Shown here: positions 1 to 9,099 of the stretch, one piece after another
Layout: every line of letters starts with the position of its first letter
Position numbering within the stretch: position 1 is the first letter of the stretch
Source: Deltaproteobacteria bacterium
Lineage (GTDB): Bacteria > UBA10199 > JACPAL01
DNA length: 64,000 bases
Direction: 5' to 3'
Assembly: GCA_016180845.1 (NCBI GenBank)
Contig: JACPAK010000001.1
Coordinates: forward strand, 225,707 to 289,706
Program-made: the position numbers and the translations under genes
Notes under the pieces: model-generated
Told to the model about the DNA's origin: nothing
Database searches by the model: none
What the model saw: the letters and a program-made list of their open reading frames with translations, nothing else

Positions 1-565
1 CATCCACTGGATCCGCGTCCTTCCAACCTTCGAGGGGACATTTCCCCATTTCCGGATGAGGCTCTTCCCGTTGCCCTGTCTTCACTGTGATAACCCCCCC
101 TGCACGAAGGTCTGTCCCGTGAGTGCAACGTATAAGAGTGAGGAGGGAATTGTCGGTCAGATTTTTGCCCGCTGTATCGGCTGTCGCTACTGCACGACCG
201 CCTGCCCCTATACCGTACGCGAGTTTAACTGGCGAAAACCGGTCTGGCCGGAGGAGATGAAACCAATCCGGAATCGGGATGTGTCGGTTCGTCCCAAGGG
301 GGTCGTCGAAAAGTGTACACTCTGCACCCACCGCCTCCAAAAGGGACGTGAAAAGGCCCGCGTGGAAAGGCGCGAAATGATCCCGGAGGACTACATACCT
401 GCTTGCGTGGAAATCTGTCCTTCACAGGCGATGATCTTCGGAGACCTCGACGATCCCGAGAGCGAGGTCTCAAAGCTGGTTCGAAGCCGTCGTGCCTTTC
501 GCCTGATGGAGGATCTCGGCACGGAACCCAAGGTGATCTATCTTTCGGAAGGAGGAGGCGACTAA
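1..565 (+). CDS. 4Fe-4S ferredoxin-type subunit of a molybdopterin-oxidoreductase-like complex (NrfC/PsrB/ActB family). C-terminal part only; the reading frame is open to the window edge.
   Basis: Several CxxCxxCxxxCP ferredoxin motifs (CLHCDNPPCTKVCP, CIGCRYCTTACP, CTLCTHR..., CVEICP). No stop codon upstream in frame back to position 2. An NrfD-like gene follows with a 1-nt gap. Confidence 0.7.
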   Translation, partial: IHWIRVLPTFEGTFPHFRMRLFPLPCLHCDNPPCTKVCPVSATYKSEEGIVGQIFARCIGCRYCTTACPYTVREFNWRKPVWPEEMKPIRNRDVSVRPKGVVEKCTLCTHRLQKGREKARVERREMIPEDYIPACVEICPSQAMIFGDLDDPESEVSKLVRSRRAFRLMEDLGTEPKVIYLSEGGGD

Positions 566-1894
566 ATGAAGGTCAGCGAACAGGATAGAATTCTTCTCAA
601 ACCTGTGGAACAGACCACAAAGCGATTTTGGATCACCGCCGGAATCCTCTTTTCCATCTGGTTTATCGGCTTCCTGGCCTATCTGAAACAATTCTACGGC
701 GGTCTTGGAGTCACCGGCCTTTCGCGACCAACCTATTGGGGGATCTATATTACCAATTTTGTTTTCTTCATCGGTATATCCCACGCAGGGACACTCATCT
801 CGGCAATCCTCCGAATTTCCCAAGCGGAGTGGAGACGGGCCATCACTCGATCGGCCGAGGTCATCACTGTCATGGTCCTCCTTTTTGGTGTGGGTAATAT
901 CCTAATCGATTTGGGTCGGCCGGATCGGATGCTGAACGTGCTCAAACATCCGCACTTCACCTCCCCCCTCCTGTGGGATGTCACAAGCATCACCTGCTAT
1001 CTGACCGCTTCGACGATCTATCTCTATCTCCCGCTGATCCCCGACATTGCACGACTCCGTGACCATGGAACCAAGTGGAAAGGATTTTATCGCCTGCTCG
1101 CCCTCGGCTGGCAAGAAACACCCCGGCAGAAGAAAATCCTTGAAAGATTGATTTCGATTATGGCGATTGTTGTCATCCCGATCGCGGTCTCCGTCCACAC
1201 TGTGGTGAGCTACGTCTTTTCCATGACGATTCAGCCGATGTGGCACTCTGCCATCTTTGGCCCCTACTTCGTCGTTGGGGCGATCTTCTCCGGAATCGCC
1301 GCCCTCATGATTGCGATGGCAATCATCCGCAAGGTCTACCATCTGGAGGAGTACTTGAAGGAGATCCATTTTAATTACCTCGGCATCCTCCTCCTTGTGA
1401 TGGCGCTCCTCTGGTTTTACTTCACCTTTTGCGAGTATCTGACCGTCTTCTACGGCAGTGAACCTCTGGAGATGCAGATCTTCATGTCCAAGATCACCGG
1501 CCCCTACGCCCTCTATTTCTGGACGATGGTCGCCTGCTGTTTCGTGATCCCGTTTGTGATCCTTGCCAACCGGAGGACGCGCACGGTCAAGGGGACGGTC
1601 ATTGCCTCCATTGCCGTAACGATCGGAATGTGGCTGGAGCGTTTCACGATCGTCGTCCCATCGCTCGTCAACCCACGTCTCCCTTATGCGAGGGGGACCT
1701 ATTATCCAACGCTCACTGAACTCGCAATCACCGCCGGATGTTTTGCCGCCTTTATCCTCCTGTATATGACCTTTACGAAGATCTTCCCGATCGTTTCTAT
1801 CTGGGAGATCGAGGAAGGGCGCGAGTCCTCTCTTCGAGAAGTTCATGAGAGGGTTAAGGGGTATCTTCCAGGAATGGGAGGGAAATCGGAATGA
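566..1894 (+). CDS. NrfD/PsrC/ActC-family polytopic membrane quinone-interacting subunit, about 10 TM helices
   Basis: 442-aa hydrophobic protein with an NrfD-like pattern, translationally coupled to the Fe-S subunit. Its length and roughly 10 helices resemble ACIII ActC/ActF. Confidence 0.7.
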   Translation: MKVSEQDRILLKPVEQTTKRFWITAGILFSIWFIGFLAYLKQFYGGLGVTGLSRPTYWGIYITNFVFFIGISHAGTLISAILRISQAEWRRAITRSAEVITVMVLLFGVGNILIDLGRPDRMLNVLKHPHFTSPLLWDVTSITCYLTASTIYLYLPLIPDIARLRDHGTKWKGFYRLLALGWQETPRQKKILERLISIMAIVVIPIAVSVHTVVSYVFSMTIQPMWHSAIFGPYFVVGAIFSGIAALMIAMAIIRKVYHLEEYLKEIHFNYLGILLLVMALLWFYFTFCEYLTVFYGSEPLEMQIFMSKITGPYALYFWTMVACCFVIPFVILANRRTRTVKGTVIASIAVTIGMWLERFTIVVPSLVNPRLPYARGTYYPTLTELAITAGCFAAFILLYMTFTKIFPIVSIWEIEEGRESSLREVHERVKGYLPGMGGKSE

Positions 1895-3024
1895 GGATTT
1901 TTCTCGTCAGCATGTTTTTTATTGTGGCATCTCACGGATTGGTGTCTGCACAACAAAATTTCCCGCAGTCTCCCGTGCAGGGAGACCGGCTCTTTTCTGA
2001 AAAAGGATGTTCGAAATGTCACTCAATCCTCGGTCAAGGAGGTCGTGTCGGTCATGACCTGGGGAAGATCAACTTGAAAGGCTCGCGTTTGGATGTTGCG
2101 AGCGCGATGTTAAACAACGCCCAAACGATGGGAAACAAGATGCGGGAGATGAAGATCATTCGACCCCATCTGACCGGCACCGAGATTGAGAGCCTGATCG
2201 CCTTTCTCTATTATGTAAACTATTTCGATGAACCGGGAAACTCGACAAGCGGAAAGAGTCTCTTCAAGGATCGCCAATGTATCCGTTGCCATACCGATCC
2301 CTCTTCATTCCCGCGAGGGATGACGCCGATTTATCTTGCCAAGACACTCTGGAATCACGGCCCCCGGATGTGGACGCAGATGTCACGGCAAGGAATCCCT
2401 TGGCCACGGTTTGAGGGAATGGAGATGATGGACCTCGTCGCCTTCCTGAGGGAAACGGCACGGACTGAGTCAGTGGCGATGTATGGATCCCCCGGAAACC
2501 CGAATGAGGGGAAAAAGGTCTTTCGGAGCAAGGGGTGCCCCCAGTGCCACGGCGGTCATGACGACAGAACCGTACCGAATTTGGCGGATCCAACCCTTGG
2601 ACTGCAGGTGAGCCTTACTCAAACAGTCTCCCGACTCTGGAACCATGCCCCGCAAATGTTCTCACGTTTCAGTGAAAAGGGTCTGGAGGCGCCTCACTTC
2701 ACCGAAAGGGAGATCGCCGACCTCGTCGCCTATATCTACTTTCTCAACTATTTTGATTCCCCGCCAGATTTAACAGCCGGGCGAAAGCTCTTTGCAGAAA
2801 AACAATGCAGTACCTGTCACTCGCTCGGTGGAGGAATCCAGGGGGCTGGTCCCGATCTTTCGGTCAGTCAAAAATCCTCCTCGTCAATCGATATGGTGGC
2901 AGCGATGTGGAATCACACCCCCTTCATGCATTCAGTCATGCAGGAAAAAGAGATCCCCTGGCCTCGATTTGACAGGGGGGAACTAAATAATCTTTTGGGC
3001 TATATTCAGTCCCTGAAAAAATAA
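1891..3024 (+). CDS. Tetraheme cytochrome c made of four tandem class-I mono-heme domains, with a signal peptide
   Basis: Four CxxCH motifs (CSKCH, CIRCH, CPQCH, CSTCH), each followed by a conserved WNH.P.M / EI..L.A(Y/F) repeat about 90 aa long. N-terminal signal peptide. ATGA start/stop overlap with the upstream gene. Confidence 0.75.
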   Translation: MRIFLVSMFFIVASHGLVSAQQNFPQSPVQGDRLFSEKGCSKCHSILGQGGRVGHDLGKINLKGSRLDVASAMLNNAQTMGNKMREMKIIRPHLTGTEIESLIAFLYYVNYFDEPGNSTSGKSLFKDRQCIRCHTDPSSFPRGMTPIYLAKTLWNHGPRMWTQMSRQGIPWPRFEGMEMMDLVAFLRETARTESVAMYGSPGNPNEGKKVFRSKGCPQCHGGHDDRTVPNLADPTLGLQVSLTQTVSRLWNHAPQMFSRFSEKGLEAPHFTEREIADLVAYIYFLNYFDSPPDLTAGRKLFAEKQCSTCHSLGGGIQGAGPDLSVSQKSSSSIDMVAAMWNHTPFMHSVMQEKEIPWPRFDRGELNNLLGYIQSLKK

Positions 3025-3032
3025 TGGCTGAA

Positions 3033-3329
3033 TTATTGTGCTGGCGTTCCTGGCTCCGCAGGAGCTTCAATCACCGGATGATGCCACCCCTTCATCTTAT
3101 CGCGATCGCAGCAACCTTTGATCCCCAGATAGGCGCTGCAGAGGATCGAAAGAATCGAGGCGATGGTCACAAGACCACCGATGATCTTTCCAGTTTTTTT
3201 ACAGAAAAACCCTTCGCCACAGGCCTTGTTCAGGAGCAGGACACCTGAGACCAAGGCGATGAACTGAAGGGCCAAAGCGGCATGCAGATGAAGATGCGAA
3301 CCGTGCATACAAGCCATATGTTCCATCAT
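3033..3329 (-). CDS. Small His/Cys-rich two-TM membrane protein; last gene of the cytochrome operon
   Basis: ATG at 3329 preceded by an AAAGGGGGA Shine-Dalgarno. Sequence MMEHMACMHGSHLHLH followed by two hydrophobic helices. The ORF-track start is an upstream GTG. Confidence 0.45.
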   Translation of the reverse strand: MMEHMACMHGSHLHLHAALALQFIALVSGVLLLNKACGEGFFCKKTGKIIGGLVTIASILSILCSAYLGIKGCCDRDKMKGWHHPVIEAPAEPGTPAQ

Positions 3330-3389
3330 AGATTGTCCCCCTTTTGGTTTGGATTCTATTATCACAAATATTAAAGGAGTCGACAGAAT

Positions 3390-3677
3390 TTATGGCGCCC
3401 CATTCGTTCCATGACAAGCGGCACAACCAGAAACCCCTTCTTGAAGGGCATGATCGTGTACCACCTCAATATCCACAAGCCCGCCGGTACGATCGATCAA
3501 GTGGATGTTATCCAGATTATGACAGGTGGTGCAGTCGCTCCGTCCCCAACCGATCTCATGCTCCGATTCTGTAAGAGCAAGCCCTTCCGGTGAATCCAAC
3601 AGGTTTCCGTAATTTTCCCCCTGATTGACGACACTCCCGCAGGAGATGAAGAACAACAAACCGAAGATTATTATCAT
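3390..3677 (-). CDS. Diheme cytochrome c lipoprotein
   Basis: Signal peptide with an LFFISC lipobox-like Cys, then CTTCH and CAACH heme motifs. ATGA overlap with the upstream heptaheme gene. Confidence 0.7.
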   Translation of the reverse strand: MIIIFGLLFFISCGSVVNQGENYGNLLDSPEGLALTESEHEIGWGRSDCTTCHNLDNIHLIDRTGGLVDIEVVHDHALQEGVSGCAACHGTNGAP

Positions 3678-4228
3678 CGTTTAGAACTCCCTCTTCCTGA
3701 ATGACACTCCTGACAGTAATTGATTGTATGACAGGCATCACACTTCCTCGGATTCGCGCGCGCCTCGACCGAATGAAAAAAACGGAAGTTTCGACGATGC
3801 ATCCGTTGCTGAACGGTATCCCGTCGGCTGTGACAGTCGACACAAAACCGTTTATTTGTGTGACAGGTTTCACACTCCTTCGGATTCTGTTTGGCAGAGA
3901 TCTGGTGTCTCGCCTTCCAATCGAGCCGATGACTCTTCGGCTTCGGTGGTCCCTCGAGATGACAGGTCACGCACGGCTTTTTGACATCGAGGATTGGCTT
4001 CGGGCTGTTGTGGCAAAGATGACATCCTTCCTTGTTGACCTTGTTCCGATCACCAAAGGACTCTGGATCGGCATGGCAGGTCTCGCAGGCAACCGACGCC
4101 GCCTCAAAAATCCCGGTATGCATCTCGTGATCGTAGAGATCAAAGGGGTGTTTTTTCTTCGCCTCAACCTTCATCGGAATCAAAAACAGGAGGCTTAGCG
4201 CAAAAATGATTTTATAGGATCGACCCAT
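3674..4228 (-). CDS. Periplasmic heptaheme cytochrome c
   Basis: Signal peptide followed by seven CxxCH motifs (CETCH, CHLCH, CVTCH, CETCH, CVDCH, CDACH, CQECH) in about 160 mature residues. Confidence 0.8.
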   Translation of the reverse strand: MGRSYKIIFALSLLFLIPMKVEAKKKHPFDLYDHEMHTGIFEAASVACETCHADPESFGDRNKVNKEGCHLCHNSPKPILDVKKPCVTCHLEGPPKPKSHRLDWKARHQISAKQNPKECETCHTNKRFCVDCHSRRDTVQQRMHRRNFRFFHSVEARANPRKCDACHTINYCQECHSGRGSSKR

Positions 4229-5489
4229 AGCGGTACTCCAATTTTAGTGATCCCCTCACATCCCGTTCCAAAAGATTGTTCCGATTGTACTCCCCACCGA
4301 TAGAAAGCCGGAGGTTGTGCGGAAACTCATAACCTGTCCAGACAATCGTCGAAAAGGCGCTGTCATTATCACTCGTAATCTTGTCGTACGTGGCATAATC
4401 AAACGACAATTCTCCGTATCCCTTTTTCAGGAGTGTCTTGTAGACAAAAAAACGGATCCCATGGACATCGCCACCGAAACTCTTTGCAAAAGAATATTGA
4501 GGGCCAAAATCGAGCTCAAGATTTTCAAGAGAAAAAGGGAAACCTATTTCGAGCAGATGGGCCCGCCGATGATCCGCCTCGCGAACCTCCATCCATTGGT
4601 AGGAATAACTTTGGGTAAGGTCGAGAAAATTTTTAATGAGTATCCAGTTCGAAGAAAACCGACCGGTGATTAGTTCCCCTTCGGAAAAAAGACTCAAGAT
4701 CGACCGCCGTGTCGACTCCCGATTCGCATTGAAATAATTCCCTTCGATCCCGATCGAAACAATAGAGAAAGGAGCCATATCAACGCCAAGGGTCCCCGTC
4801 TCTAGTGTCTTCGATCCGGTCTCATACTCAACAAGTCCTGAAATGAGCGGCCTCATCGATCCGGAAAAGAGGTAGGAGAGTGATGAACCGACCCGGATCT
4901 CGTCGTTTCTCCCCAGATCGGTCTCTCCCCAATCATTTTTCTGCCAGGCGGTTGATAATCGCGCCTGAAATCCTGATCCATTTTGCCAATCCAGAAAAAG
5001 CCCGGAGAGGAGTTGGTCATGATGGTGAAAATCCCCCTCTTCCACGCGTCTCGGAATTCCACCGTAGGTTCCGATACGAAAATTCTCTGTCGGATTGAGT
5101 GTTAACTGCAACCCATCGATAATCCCTGTCGAAAAACCGGGATTTAAAAATTGTCGACCAAAATCGATCTGAAACGATTCACGAGGCCTGACATGGAGAA
5201 CTGTTTGATAGAGATCATAATCATCCAAGGAACGATCGAGATCCCGGAAGAAGCGCATATCTGATTCGCCAGAAAATCTTCCGTCCGGCCTTCTCAGTCC
5301 CATACCCAGATAGCCATTGAGGGGGATCTCCGTCTCGTTTTTATCATTCTGACGAACTTGACTCAAAAGAGTTGTATTCAGATGGAACGGACTTCCCCAA
5401 ACAGGGGCTGAGAAGAGAAAAAGGGAGATGAATAATAAGGCACGCTCAACCACGTTATTCAAACCCCTCTGTCGTGAATGTCCATACAT
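4212..5489 (-). CDS. Outer-membrane beta-barrel protein, a candidate porin of a porin-cytochrome complex
   Basis: A signal peptide (RALLFISLFLFSAPVWG) follows an internal ATG (M53 of the ORF). About 420 residues of alternating amphipathic beta-strand pattern, and the protein ends in Y-R-Y-G-S-I-L. It sits between the giant and the heptaheme cytochromes. The start could instead be the M40 ATG at 5528. Confidence 0.6.
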   Translation of the reverse strand: MYGHSRQRGLNNVVERALLFISLFLFSAPVWGSPFHLNTTLLSQVRQNDKNETEIPLNGYLGMGLRRPDGRFSGESDMRFFRDLDRSLDDYDLYQTVLHVRPRESFQIDFGRQFLNPGFSTGIIDGLQLTLNPTENFRIGTYGGIPRRVEEGDFHHHDQLLSGLFLDWQNGSGFQARLSTAWQKNDWGETDLGRNDEIRVGSSLSYLFSGSMRPLISGLVEYETGSKTLETGTLGVDMAPFSIVSIGIEGNYFNANRESTRRSILSLFSEGELITGRFSSNWILIKNFLDLTQSYSYQWMEVREADHRRAHLLEIGFPFSLENLELDFGPQYSFAKSFGGDVHGIRFFVYKTLLKKGYGELSFDYATYDKITSDNDSAFSTIVWTGYEFPHNLRLSIGGEYNRNNLLERDVRGSLKLEYRYGSIL

Positions 5490-8400
5490 GATTTGTCGCC
5501 AATCGATTTCCGGCAAGATCTTGTGCATTCGTTGTGACTGTTGCCCGATAGACCGTCTCCTCACGAAGTGGCCGGGCATTGGTGGCAATCGTAAAATCAA
5601 CCGCCTGGCATGTCGCCGTCCGGCAATGGACGTTTCCACTGACACTTAACCACTCCCATCTCCGGGTTCTACTATTCCAATTCCTTCTTGAAAGGGTGAA
5701 GACGCCGGAAGACTCGACACTCGCCCGAATCATCGCCTCATTAAAATTAACTGTGATGATTGTGGTCGATGTCAAAACATCAGTCGCGCCGTTCGTGGGT
5801 ACCGTCGAATTCACAATCGGCCGAGTCGTGTCTGGGGTCAGGGTCGTAAAGGTCCAGCGATAATCTGTCGCTAGCGGCGTGCCGCCCCAGTCTGTCACCA
5901 CCGTGGTAATCCTTCCTCGATATTGGGTGTTCGGTTGCAGCGGGGTCTCCGGTGAAAAGGTCGCCGTCAGACACCAGTCGGCACTGCAAGCGACACGCCC
6001 TGCCACCCGACTTCCATCCGAAACCTTTTCCACAACAAAACTGTTTTCGACTGGAGGCGCTATTGTGCTGCGCAACATCGGCTCACTGAATGTAATTCTG
6101 ATGGTTGTCGGCGAGAAGGGTGTTCCCAACGCAACTCCCGTCGCCCCATTCGTCGGTATCGTTGAGGAAACGGCCGGTGGACCACTAGCAACCTGGTCAT
6201 TCCCAGGGGGATTGCAGTCAGGGAGTTCCGGTGGGAAGGGACGACTGCTGCTGTGACAGACACCGCCACATGTGCTCTCTGTTCGATAAGAGCGGTTCCC
6301 ATTGGTATGGCAGGAACCGTCGCTCCCACAGCCGCCTCTGGCAACGCTATCAATATTGTTATCGAGTAAGTAGAGCACGTGACCGAAGTTGGCAGCCGTT
6401 CGGGAACCACAGGTCGAACTGACGACCGGTTCCCAATTGTAAGAAGTGGTCCGTGCCGTTGGCGGATCTCCGCTTGTGACGATTTGCTCATAACCGACAT
6501 GGGGATAGTTCTGGTGACACATATAACAATAGGATCGGGAGACGAGTGTCGCACGTGTCTGTGTCTCATTGAAGGCAGTGGGAGAACCGTCATGACATCC
6601 GCCGCAATCCGCCTCACCCCAAGTGGCTGACGTGAAGCGACTTGAATAGGACACACCATGCCCCGATCCCCGCCACCACGTTGATGATGAATGGGGATAA
6701 CTCGGGTGACAGGTGTAACAGGAGATTGTCGAGATCCCCCCTCCGTAATCGTCCCCGTGACAACTTCGACACCCAACCCGGCTGGCATTGAACCTATCTC
6801 CGTGACGGGCGCTACTACTGCCCGTAACCCAATCCTGATCCTCAGAAACATCAGGCGACCGCAGATGCGGGTAGTTCGGATGGCAGGCAGCAGAACCGCA
6901 GGAGGTTGCGCGTCCATCGGGGCCTGCACCGAAATTCAAATGACACCGTGTGCAGCTACTCCTTAAACCCCGAACACCGTCCAAATAGGCGGTCGTATGC
7001 TCCCCTCCCTGATCGGTCTTCCAGTCCGTAACAAGTTGATGCGGATAGTTTTCGTGACACCCTGAACCGGAACAGGATCGGCCGGAATTACCACCGGCAT
7101 AGTTGGTTCCATGACAGAGCGAGCACCTGTTAAACGAATCGGGGAAATCATTATCCTGTTGTTCCAGATACTCCGCCGCATGGGGGCTTGGAAAATTTGC
7201 TGCCCGGCTCCGCTCAACATCCCAACAAGTCGGTTCATCAGCGCCGTCACACTCCTGCTCCGTCCAGGTCTCTGTCCCCACCTCATATTCCGTCCAGCCG
7301 GACCGATGCGGGAAATTGGTATGACAGGAATAGCAATTACGCCCATCAAATTCCCTCTGAAAATCGGTCCCATGACAGCCGGCACAACGCAACTGACGAT
7401 TCGCATCGCTGATCGCGAACGGCCCGTGCTCCGTCGTTTCCCAGTTCGGCAATAATTCATGCGGGTAGAGATGGCACTGCAGGCAGGGACGCGCCGCAGC
7501 GGTCCCCGCTATCTCCCGGTTATGACAGGTCATACAATTGTTAAACCCATCCCTCAAGACAACAGCACCATGTCCTGCGGCCCCACGCCAGTTGTCCTGA
7601 CTGTGGGTCTCCGGGAAGCCACTGTGGCATTCATTACAATTCGCCCCACGTGTCCGCTGAAGGTCCGGGATCAGATTCACCCCGTGACACCGCGCAGTCC
7701 CGCAGGTTGCACGTCCGTTTTCCTGGACAAAGTCGCCATGGAGTTGCGGCTGCCCTTGCTCACGACGCCATCCCTCAGGATGCGGAAAGGGGTTATGGCA
7801 CTCCCCGCAGCGTCGATTCCCTCGTGGAGACGAATCAGAGGTCAGGGAATGACAAGTCCTGCATTCGTTACGCATCAGGACAGGAAGCGCATAGGATCCA
7901 TGTCCTTCAAATTCACGCCATCCGGAGGGATGAGAACCGGCAAATGAGGGATGGCAGGAGAAACAGTTTTGTCCCTTGAGAACCTTTTTGAGATCGGCTC
8001 CATGACAGAGCTGGCATTTTTCTGTCTCCCCCTGATAGGTCACACGAACACGCTCTCCATGCCCTCCTGAAAAAGGGATCCAAGTAGCACTCGCCGGATG
8101 GGGATAATCGGCATGACAGGTGGTGCAATTTTTCCCGGCAACTAGTCTCTCTCCCCGCTCTCCATGACACCCCTGACAGGCGGTGCGACCAAGCTCCAAT
8201 GAGGTGGGACCATGCTGCGTCTGCCACCCTTCCCCATGCGGATAGAGGGTATGACAACGATTGCAGGCGATCTGCGAAAGTCCTCCATTCAGATCAGCTC
8301 CATGGCATTGTGTCGTACATCCTTCCCTCCCATTATCCAGAACATAAGGGGCATGCTTGGTCTTTTCTCCCCAACCGACTTCATGGGGATAGATCGCATG

Positions 8401-9009
8401 ACACTTGAAACAACTGGTCCCGCTCGACCCCCCTTTCAGATCCTCTCCATGACAAGACCGGCAGAGATCCTTCCCTTCCCCTTTCGCAAACTCTCCGTGA
8501 AAATTAGCCCCCTTCCATTCGGAAGAATGGGGATAGACTTCGTGACACTTTGTGCAGGAAACCTTGGTCAATCCGCCCGAGAGATCGGTCCCGTGACATT
8601 GAGTCGCACATGAAAGGCGGTCATTGGTTCTGACCCAAGTCCCGTGTCTCTCTTTCGATTTCCAGTCAGCCTCATGCGGGTAAAGGGGATGACAGCCCTG
8701 ACATGTCGGTGTTCTCTCGTTGGTCGTCGAACTGACCTTATGACACTTGAGACAGGCCGGAAGTCCGTACCGCTCCTTGCCACTCCCATGAGAGGCTGGT
8801 TCTTTCCACCCCTGCGGATGGGGAAAAAGGGGAAGAGGTTCTGCGATATTTCCGTCCGGAGAAATGCTGGGGGTAAGATCAGAAACATCACGGGAATGGG
8901 GCTTCTTTTTGGCACATCCAAAAAGAAGAAAAAGAAGAAAAAAAAAGACTAACCCTCTGAAAAAGACACCCTGACGCCAAGATCGTGGCAAGCGAAGACC
9001 CTCCATCAA
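5455..9009 (-). CDS. Giant multiheme cytochrome c lipoprotein, about 1184 aa and roughly 30 heme sites, with two C-terminal bacterial Ig-like domains
   Basis: Lipoprotein signal peptide (…FLLFLLFGC). About 23 canonical CxxCH motifs plus about 7 CX3-5CH variants. Recurring CxxCHxxYPHxxxW module. The C-terminal 230 aa contain two TxPTNGATxV…F(S/N)EPM Ig-like repeats. Confidence 0.85.
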   Translation of the reverse strand: MMEGLRLPRSWRQGVFFRGLVFFFLLFLLFGCAKKKPHSRDVSDLTPSISPDGNIAEPLPLFPHPQGWKEPASHGSGKERYGLPACLKCHKVSSTTNERTPTCQGCHPLYPHEADWKSKERHGTWVRTNDRLSCATQCHGTDLSGGLTKVSCTKCHEVYPHSSEWKGANFHGEFAKGEGKDLCRSCHGEDLKGGSSGTSCFKCHAIYPHEVGWGEKTKHAPYVLDNGREGCTTQCHGADLNGGLSQIACNRCHTLYPHGEGWQTQHGPTSLELGRTACQGCHGERGERLVAGKNCTTCHADYPHPASATWIPFSGGHGERVRVTYQGETEKCQLCHGADLKKVLKGQNCFSCHPSFAGSHPSGWREFEGHGSYALPVLMRNECRTCHSLTSDSSPRGNRRCGECHNPFPHPEGWRREQGQPQLHGDFVQENGRATCGTARCHGVNLIPDLQRTRGANCNECHSGFPETHSQDNWRGAAGHGAVVLRDGFNNCMTCHNREIAGTAAARPCLQCHLYPHELLPNWETTEHGPFAISDANRQLRCAGCHGTDFQREFDGRNCYSCHTNFPHRSGWTEYEVGTETWTEQECDGADEPTCWDVERSRAANFPSPHAAEYLEQQDNDFPDSFNRCSLCHGTNYAGGNSGRSCSGSGCHENYPHQLVTDWKTDQGGEHTTAYLDGVRGLRSSCTRCHLNFGAGPDGRATSCGSAACHPNYPHLRSPDVSEDQDWVTGSSSARHGDRFNASRVGCRSCHGDDYGGGISTISCYTCHPSYPHSSSTWWRGSGHGVSYSSRFTSATWGEADCGGCHDGSPTAFNETQTRATLVSRSYCYMCHQNYPHVGYEQIVTSGDPPTARTTSYNWEPVVSSTCGSRTAANFGHVLYLLDNNIDSVARGGCGSDGSCHTNGNRSYRTESTCGGVCHSSSRPFPPELPDCNPPGNDQVASGPPAVSSTIPTNGATGVALGTPFSPTTIRITFSEPMLRSTIAPPVENSFVVEKVSDGSRVAGRVACSADWCLTATFSPETPLQPNTQYRGRITTVVTDWGGTPLATDYRWTFTTLTPDTTRPIVNSTVPTNGATDVLTSTTIITVNFNEAMIRASVESSGVFTLSRRNWNSRTRRWEWLSVSGNVHCRTATCQAVDFTIATNARPLREETVYRATVTTNAQDLAGNRLATNHVWTFTTEGFE

Positions 9010-9099
9010 TATTATCGTCCAATAAGGCCTTAGGTAGATATGATACAGATCATCCCTTCGTAGGGCAAAAAGGTTTACTTATCAAAAGGGGGTGATTTT

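Noticed and set aside
902-1846. 314-aa minus-strand ORF opposite the NrfD-like membrane gene.
   Set aside because: Antisense shadow of a convincing polytopic membrane protein gene. Charged and low-complexity translation with no start context.
6060-6929. 289-aa minus-strand ORF and several plus-strand ORFs inside the giant cytochrome gene.
   Set aside because: Alternative frames of a single continuous 1184-codon heme-motif-rich ORF. The translations are Arg/Pro-rich nonsense.
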